Shown in pieces: positions 59,336 through 64,000 of a stretch of 64,000 nucleotides of DNA; the first letter of the stretch is position 1; the number at the start of each line of letters is the position of its first letter. The stretch covers positions 64,769 through 128,768 of the forward strand of contig VBFY01000061.1 in assembly GCA_005889405.1 (NCBI GenBank), written 5' to 3'. Made by a program: the position numbers and the translations under genes. Under the pieces are notes generated by a model, which was given only the letters and a program-made list of their open reading frames with translations, searched no databases and was not told the DNA's origin. Source of the stretch: Chloroflexota bacterium (GTDB lineage Bacteria; Chloroflexota; Limnocylindria; P2-11E).

Positions 59336-60096
59336 GTGCGTCCCCCTGCGGCGACGATCTTACCGGCGGCCTCGTCGAGATACCGACGCGGCAGCACGAG
59401 TGTTTCGTCGTTCATGACGCGGAGGCGCGCGACCGCGGCGTCGTGGCCCGCGGCGCGAAGCGCCTCGATGCCGATCGCGTCGGCGACGTCGAGCGCCCCG
59501 ATGGCAAGACGCCGTAGCACGGCGAGATGCGCGGCGGACCCAAGCGCTCTTCCGAGATCGCGCGCGATCGACCGCACATAGGTGCCGCTCCCGCACACGA
59601 TCAGAAGACGCGCGTCGGGCGGGCTCCACTCCGTCATCTCGAGTCGGTGGACCTGCACCTCCCGGGCCGCCAGCGAGACGGTTTCGCCACTTCGCGCGAG
59701 CGAATAGGCCCTTCGGCCATCGATTTTCACCGCCGCATACGCAGGTGGGACCTGCAATATCGCGCCGCGTAATGGAGCGAGTGCCGCTTCGATGCGACTC
59801 GCGCTCGCAGGAAGCGCGGCGCTGCGTGTCGTCCCGCCTTCCCGGTCGTCGGTCGCCGTCTCGGTCCCAAAGCGCACGAGCGCGTCATAGACCTTGGGGG
59901 CGGTGTGCAGCCGCTCGGTCGCGCGCGTCGTCTCGCCGACGAGAAGCGCGAGGAGTCCGGTCGCGAGTGGATCGAGCGTGCCGCCGTGACCCACGCGCCT
60001 CGCGCCGAGGACACCCCGAACGACCGCGACGACGTCGAACGAGGTCCAGCCCTCGGGCTTGTCGATCGCGAGGATGCCGGCGAGCGTGGTGGTCAG
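59332..60096 (-). CDS. truB: tRNA pseudouridine-55 synthase TruB; start non-canonical (CTG 60096 overlapping the nrnA TGA)
   Basis: The first canonical start GTG 59994 lies inside the conserved GHGGTLDP motif. The upstream frame is open and encodes LAGILAIDKPEGWTSFDVVAVVRGVLGARR, the TruB N-terminal catalytic-Asp region. The CTG forms a CTGA overlap with nrnA. Confidence 0.85.
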   Translation of the reverse strand: MTTTLAGILAIDKPEGWTSFDVVAVVRGVLGARRVGHGGTLDPLATGLLALLVGETTRATERLHTAPKVYDALVRFGTETATDDREGGTTRSAALPASASRIEAALAPLRGAILQVPPAYAAVKIDGRRAYSLARSGETVSLAAREVQVHRLEMTEWSPPDARLLIVCGSGTYVRSIARDLGRALGSAAHLAVLRRLAIGALDVADAIGIEALRAAGHDAAVARLRVMNDETLVLPRRYLDEAAGKIVAAGGRT

Positions 60097-61082
60097 GCGA
60101 TCCCTTCGGCGACCGGCTGAGCGGCACGCGCGGCCGCGAGCGCCTCGCGGGCGGCACGCAGCACTGCCTCGCGGACCTCGGTGACATTGCCGCTTACCAG
60201 AGCGCCCGCGGCGCGCACGTGACCGCCGCCGCCGAACCGCGCCATGACCGCCGACGCGTCGACCGACGGTGCCCAGGCGGAGGTACGGCAGGAGACCTTG
60301 ATCGCGCCCGCGTCGTGCTCGTTGAACAGGAGCGCCACGCGCATTCCGCTCGCTCGCGCGATCTGCTCCACGAGGCCCGAGATGTCCTCGTCGAGCGCCT
60401 CAGCGTTCGCGAAGTCCTCGCGCGTGACCTCGGTCCAGACGAGCTGTCCGTCCTGCTCGCGGCGCAGCCGCGCGAACGCGAAGCCCCACAGGTTTAGCGC
60501 CTGGAAGCGCTTGTTGCGGAACACGTTGTAAGTGATCGCCTGGAGATCGGCGCCCGCCTCGCGGAGCCGCGCGGCCCGCTCGAGCGCGCGCGCATCGGTC
60601 GAGGGGAACTGGAACGATCCGGTGTCGGTCATGATCCCGACGAGAGCCGCGGTCGCCATCTCGGCCGTCCACTTCACCCCGAGCGCGTCGATGACGCGTG
60701 AGACGAGCTCCGCCGTGGCCGCGGACGTGACGTCGACGAGGTTCACCGATCCGAAGCCCGCATTCGAGGCGTGGTGGTCAATGTTCACGAGCGTCGGTCC
60801 GGCCGGCAGCGCGAACTTCGCGCGGTCGGCCGAGCCGAAGTCGACCGTGACGATGAGGTCGCACGTGCTCGGCGGCGGCTCACTCGTGTAGCGATCGGCC
60901 CACGCCAGGAAGCGCGCGTGCTCGGGCACCGGGTCGGCGCAGTGGAGCGTGATGCGCTTTCCGAGGCTGTCGAGCGCGAGACCGAGCGCGATGCCGGAGC
61001 CGATGGTGTCGGGGTCGGGGTCGCGGTGAGAGACGATCGCGACGGTCTTCGCGCGTCGGAGGGTGTCGACGATCTCCTTCAC
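60093..61082 (-). CDS. nrnA: DHH/DHHA1 phosphoesterase NrnA (nanoRNase / pAp phosphatase)
   Basis: VSHRDPDPDTIGS DHH motif; C-terminal GGGH (DHHA1). Confidence 0.85.
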   Translation of the reverse strand: MKEIVDTLRRAKTVAIVSHRDPDPDTIGSGIALGLALDSLGKRITLHCADPVPEHARFLAWADRYTSEPPPSTCDLIVTVDFGSADRAKFALPAGPTLVNIDHHASNAGFGSVNLVDVTSAATAELVSRVIDALGVKWTAEMATAALVGIMTDTGSFQFPSTDARALERAARLREAGADLQAITYNVFRNKRFQALNLWGFAFARLRREQDGQLVWTEVTREDFANAEALDEDISGLVEQIARASGMRVALLFNEHDAGAIKVSCRTSAWAPSVDASAVMARFGGGGHVRAAGALVSGNVTEVREAVLRAAREALAAARAAQPVAEGIA

Positions 61083-61434
61083 GAAGGCTCTTCGCGTTCC
61101 CGCGCCTGCCGCAACAGCGTCGCGATGCGCGCTGCGCGTTCGGCCGTCTGGTCGGAGACGAACGTCAGGTCGGGGACGTAGCGGAGCTCGGTGCGCGCGC
61201 CGATCTCGTGGCGCAGGTACGGGCGCGCCTCGTTGAGCGCGACCATCGTCGACTTCACCTGGTCCTCGTCGCCGAGGACGCTGACGTGGACCTTGGCGCT
61301 GCGAAGATCGGAGGTGATCTCGACCGCGGTCACCGTCGCGAACGCGATGCGCGGATCGCGCAGCTCCTCGCTGATGATCATGCCGAGCTCGCGCTGCAGC
61401 AGCGCGTTGACGCGGTCCGCCCGCTTGTAGGCCA
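61079..61434 (-). CDS. rbfA: Ribosome-binding factor A
   Basis: RADRVNALLQRELGMIISEELRDPRI...VEITSDLRSAKVHVSV; GTG start just after the infB stop. Confidence 0.8.
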
Positions 61435-61442
61435 CCCTGCGA

Positions 61443-63344
61443 TTACCTCGGCTTTGGCTGGACGGTGTACGCCTCGATGACGTCGCCGACCTGGATGTCA
61501 TTGGTGTCGAGCGTGATCCCGCACTCAAGACCCGCGGCGACCTCGCGCACGTCGTCCTTCACGCGGCGCAGCGACTCGATGTGACCGTCATGCACGACCT
61601 CGCCCCCGCGCAGCAGGCGAGCCTGCACCCCGCGCCGCATGACACCGTCGAGCACGCCGCATCCTGCGATCGTCGTCTTGCCGGCTGTGAAGATCTGCCG
61701 CACCTCGGCGTGACCAATGACGGTCTCGACCATCACCGGCTCGAGCATGCCCGTGAGCGCCTTCTGCACGTCGTCGAGCAGCTCGTAGATGACCTTGTAC
61801 TGACGGACGTCGACGTTGCTCTGATCGGCGACGCGTTTTGCGGGCGCCTCCATCTTCGTGTTGAAGCCGATGACGACCGCGCTCGACGCCGCTGCGAGCG
61901 TGAGGTCCGACTCGGTGATGTCGCCGACGGCGTCGTGGATCACCTGCAGGCCGACCTCCTCCTGCGGGATCTTCGCGAGCGCGCCCTTGATCGCCTCGAG
62001 CGAGCCCTGGACATCGGCCTTCAGGACGAGCTTGAGCTCCTTGGCCTTGCCTTCCTTGACCTGCGCGAACATCTCGTCAAGCGTCGCGGGCTTCTCCGAG
62101 GCTCCTGCGCCCGCACGCTCGCGCGCGTTCGCAGCAACAAGCGCCTTGGCGGTCTTCTCGTCCGCAATCGCGCGGAAGACATCGCCGGCCTCGGGCACGC
62201 CGGGCAGGCCGAGGATCTCGACCGGGCGGGACGGTTCGGCGCGGCCGACAGGCTTGCCTTTGTCGTCGGTCATCGCGCGCACTCGTCCGTACGTGACGCC
62301 GGCGACGACGAGGTCGCCGCGCTCGAGCGTTCCGGTCTGCACGAGGACGGTCGCGACCGGTCCGCGCTTCGTATCGAGGTGTGCTTCGACGACGCGCCCA
62401 ATGGCGGGCCGGTCGGGGTTGGCGGTGAGTTCGGCGACATCCGCGACCAGAAGGACGGTCTCGAGCAGATCGTCGATGCCCAGCTTCGTGCGCGCTGACA
62501 CCGGCACGAGGGGCGTATCGCCGCCGTACTCCTCGATCGTGACGTTGTGCTCGGCGAGCTGGGCTTTGACCTGGTCGGGGTTCGCATCGGCCTTGTCCAT
62601 CTTGTTGAGCGCCACGACGATCGGGACGCCGGCGGCCTTCACATGCGAGATCGCCTCGATGGTCTGCGGCTGCACGCCGTCGTCGGCCGCGACGACCAGG
62701 ATGGCGACGTCCGTGAGCTGCGCGCCGCGCGCGCGCATCGCGGTGAAGGCTTCGTGACCGGGCGTGTCGAGGAACGTGACCTTGCGGTCCTTGTACTCGA
62801 TCTGATACGCGCCGATGTGCTGCGTGATCCCACCCGCCTCACGCGCGGTCACATTGGTGGTGCGGATCGCGTCGAGGAGGCTCGTCTTGCCGTGGTCGAC
62901 GTGCCCGAGGATGGTGATGACCGGCGGGCGCGGCTTGAGCTTGCTCGCGTCCTCCTCGGTCCAGAGCTCCGGCTTCAGGGGCGTGATCTCGGCTTCGGCG
63001 TCCTCGACTGCGGGCGGCGCCTCTTCCTCGGCCTTGGTCTCGATACCGAGCTCGGTCGCAACGAGGCTGGCGGTGTCGAAATCGATCGTCGTGTTGATCG
63101 ACGCCATCGTGCCCATGTTCACCAGCGCGCGCATCAGATCGACGATGCTGACCTCGAGGAGCGTCGCGAGCTCGCGTACTGAGACCTGCTTCGGTAGCAC
63201 GACCGGCGCGCGGCCTTCGATCACCGCTACGGCAGGCGCGGTCTGTTCGACCGGCGCCACGACCGCCTGCGGGCGCTGTGGCCTACGGCCCCGTGGTCGG
63301 GGGCCGCGTTGTGGCGGGAACCGCCGTGGTCGTGCCTTGGGCAT
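61443..63344 (-). CDS. infB: Translation initiation factor IF-2
   Basis: G-domain ILGHVDHGKTSLLDAI...DTPGHEAF...NKMD; ATG 63344 (MPKARPRR) 1 nt from the ylxR stop. The longer track ORF is read-through. Confidence 0.9.
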   Translation of the reverse strand: MPKARPRRFPPQRGPRPRGRRPQRPQAVVAPVEQTAPAVAVIEGRAPVVLPKQVSVRELATLLEVSIVDLMRALVNMGTMASINTTIDFDTASLVATELGIETKAEEEAPPAVEDAEAEITPLKPELWTEEDASKLKPRPPVITILGHVDHGKTSLLDAIRTTNVTAREAGGITQHIGAYQIEYKDRKVTFLDTPGHEAFTAMRARGAQLTDVAILVVAADDGVQPQTIEAISHVKAAGVPIVVALNKMDKADANPDQVKAQLAEHNVTIEEYGGDTPLVPVSARTKLGIDDLLETVLLVADVAELTANPDRPAIGRVVEAHLDTKRGPVATVLVQTGTLERGDLVVAGVTYGRVRAMTDDKGKPVGRAEPSRPVEILGLPGVPEAGDVFRAIADEKTAKALVAANARERAGAGASEKPATLDEMFAQVKEGKAKELKLVLKADVQGSLEAIKGALAKIPQEEVGLQVIHDAVGDITESDLTLAAASSAVVIGFNTKMEAPAKRVADQSNVDVRQYKVIYELLDDVQKALTGMLEPVMVETVIGHAEVRQIFTAGKTTIAGCGVLDGVMRRGVQARLLRGGEVVHDGHIESLRRVKDDVREVAAGLECGITLDTNDIQVGDVIEAYTVQPKPR

Positions 63345-63709
63345 TACGCGGTCTCCTTCTGTCGTGCGCGAGCCGCTTCGTCTAGTTCTACCTTCAATCG
63401 CTCCGCGGTGGCGGCGTCGATCGGGATCTCGAGCGCCTTCGCCAGTACTCCCTCGCGCAGACCGCGCTCGAGGCAGGCTTGATCCGGGTCGAGGTACGCA
63501 CCTCGGCCGGGGGCCTTGCCGCGAAGGTCCACCGTCACCTCCCCCGCCGGAGACCGCACGATGCGCACGAGCTCCCGCTTCGCGTGGACGGTGTGGCACG
63601 CCACGCAGGTCCGCTGCGGAAGAGGCCGACGGCCGACAGCCGCGGTCCCCTTCGGGCTAACGGCGTTCCTTCTTTTTCTTGGCTCCGAGGAGCGCTCGGT
63701 CCTCTTCAT
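63344..63709 (-). CDS. ylxR: YlxR/DUF448 family protein (putative RNA-binding, nusA-infB operon)
   Basis: [44 protein letters not shown] 63709 would overlap the nusA 3' end by ~50 nt, so the start is uncertain. Confidence 0.6.
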   Translation of the reverse strand: MKRTERSSEPRKRRNAVSPKGTAAVGRRPLPQRTCVACHTVHAKRELVRIVRSPAGEVTVDLRGKAPGRGAYLDPDQACLERGLREGVLAKALEIPIDAATAERLKVELDEAARARQKETA

Positions 63710-64000
63710 CAAGCTCCTCTTCGTCCGCCATGGCCGACTCGGCCTCGACCTCGGCGATGAGATCGTGGCTCGGTTCGGCGTCTTCTTCGACGACCGGGGC
63801 CGCCTCCACCACGGCCGCGACCGGCTCTGGCTCGGGCTCCGGCTCGAGCTCGGCGCGGACTTCCGACTCGCTGCGGATGTCGATCCGCCAGCCAGTGAGC
63901 TTCGCAGCAAGCCGCGCGTTCTGACCTTCCTTGCCGATCGCGAGCGAAAGCTGCCGATCGGGTACGACGACGTACGCCGTCTTGTCATCCGCGACGATGT
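63657..64000 (-). CDS. nusA: Transcription termination/antitermination factor NusA, C-terminal fragment (continues beyond the window)
   Basis: Manual translation of the minus strand gives ...[39 protein letters not shown]... (KH2) and an acidic tail ending TAG at 63659..63657. It is absent from the ORF track because it has no internal start codon. Confidence 0.8.
   Translation of the reverse strand, partial: IVADDKTAYVVVPDRQLSLAIGKEGQNARLAAKLTGWRIDIRSESEVRAELEPEPEPEPVAAVVEAAPVVEEDAEPSHDLIAEVEAESAMADEEELDEEDRALLGAKKKKERR

Noticed and set aside
63679-63924. 81-aa Ser-rich plus ORF
   Set aside because: Antisense to the nusA C-terminal acidic tail.

Overview
This 64 kb window is from a high-GC (about 70 %) bacterial chromosome with dense, mostly co-directional gene arrays. 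Many junctions are translationally coupled (ATGA, GTGA, TTGA, TGATG overlaps). Most of the 60-300 aa ORFs in the six-frame track are antisense artefacts of the GC bias: arginine-rich and unbroken only because stop codons are rare at this GC. Left part (1-10 kb, plus strand): RNase Y C-terminus, the YmdB phosphoesterase, a VOC protein and a PHP phosphatase. These are followed by a four-gene MoxR module (repeat-containing membrane protein, MoxR AAA+ ATPase, DUF58 protein, polytopic DUF4129 protein) and by miaA-hflX with no hfq between them. Middle, accessory-looking part (10-38 kb): a rhodanese sulfurtransferase and two tandem paralogous secreted C39-like cysteine-peptidase-domain proteins coupled to a small thioredoxin-fold gene. 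Next come a disrupted AlkD-like DNA-alkylation-repair gene and a beta-propeller lipoprotein / membrane histidine kinase / LuxR regulator / membrane protein operon. Further right lie type-II glutamine synthetase, an operon of a membrane protein, a bactofilin and a FecR-domain secreted protein, and a lower-GC islet (tyrosine integrase, free-standing LAGLIDADG endonuclease, vapBC with a recognisable operator/promoter). This part ends with a DinB_2 protein and a large Asp-box (BNR) secreted protein. Right part (38-64 kb, almost all minus strand): the conserved nusA-ylxR-infB-rbfA-nrnA-truB-ribF-rpsO-pnp region, then a GT2 / YdjC-deacetylase / methyltransferase insert and udg-rnj-ftsK-rodZ-pgsA-cinA-hom-lysC-asd. 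The most notable observation is that at least four well-conserved genes (truB, the GT2 gene, the FecR-like gene, an MFS gene) have no ATG/GTG/TTG where homology places the N-terminus. Each has a CTG (or ATA) exactly where a coupled start is expected, which suggests appreciable non-canonical initiation or systematic start mis-annotation. No CRISPR array, rRNA or tRNA was recognised by eye. Taxonomy is not resolved; RNase Y plus RNase J, GSII and bactofilin at about 70 % GC are compatible with several high-GC Gram-positive-like or Chloroflexi-like lineages.
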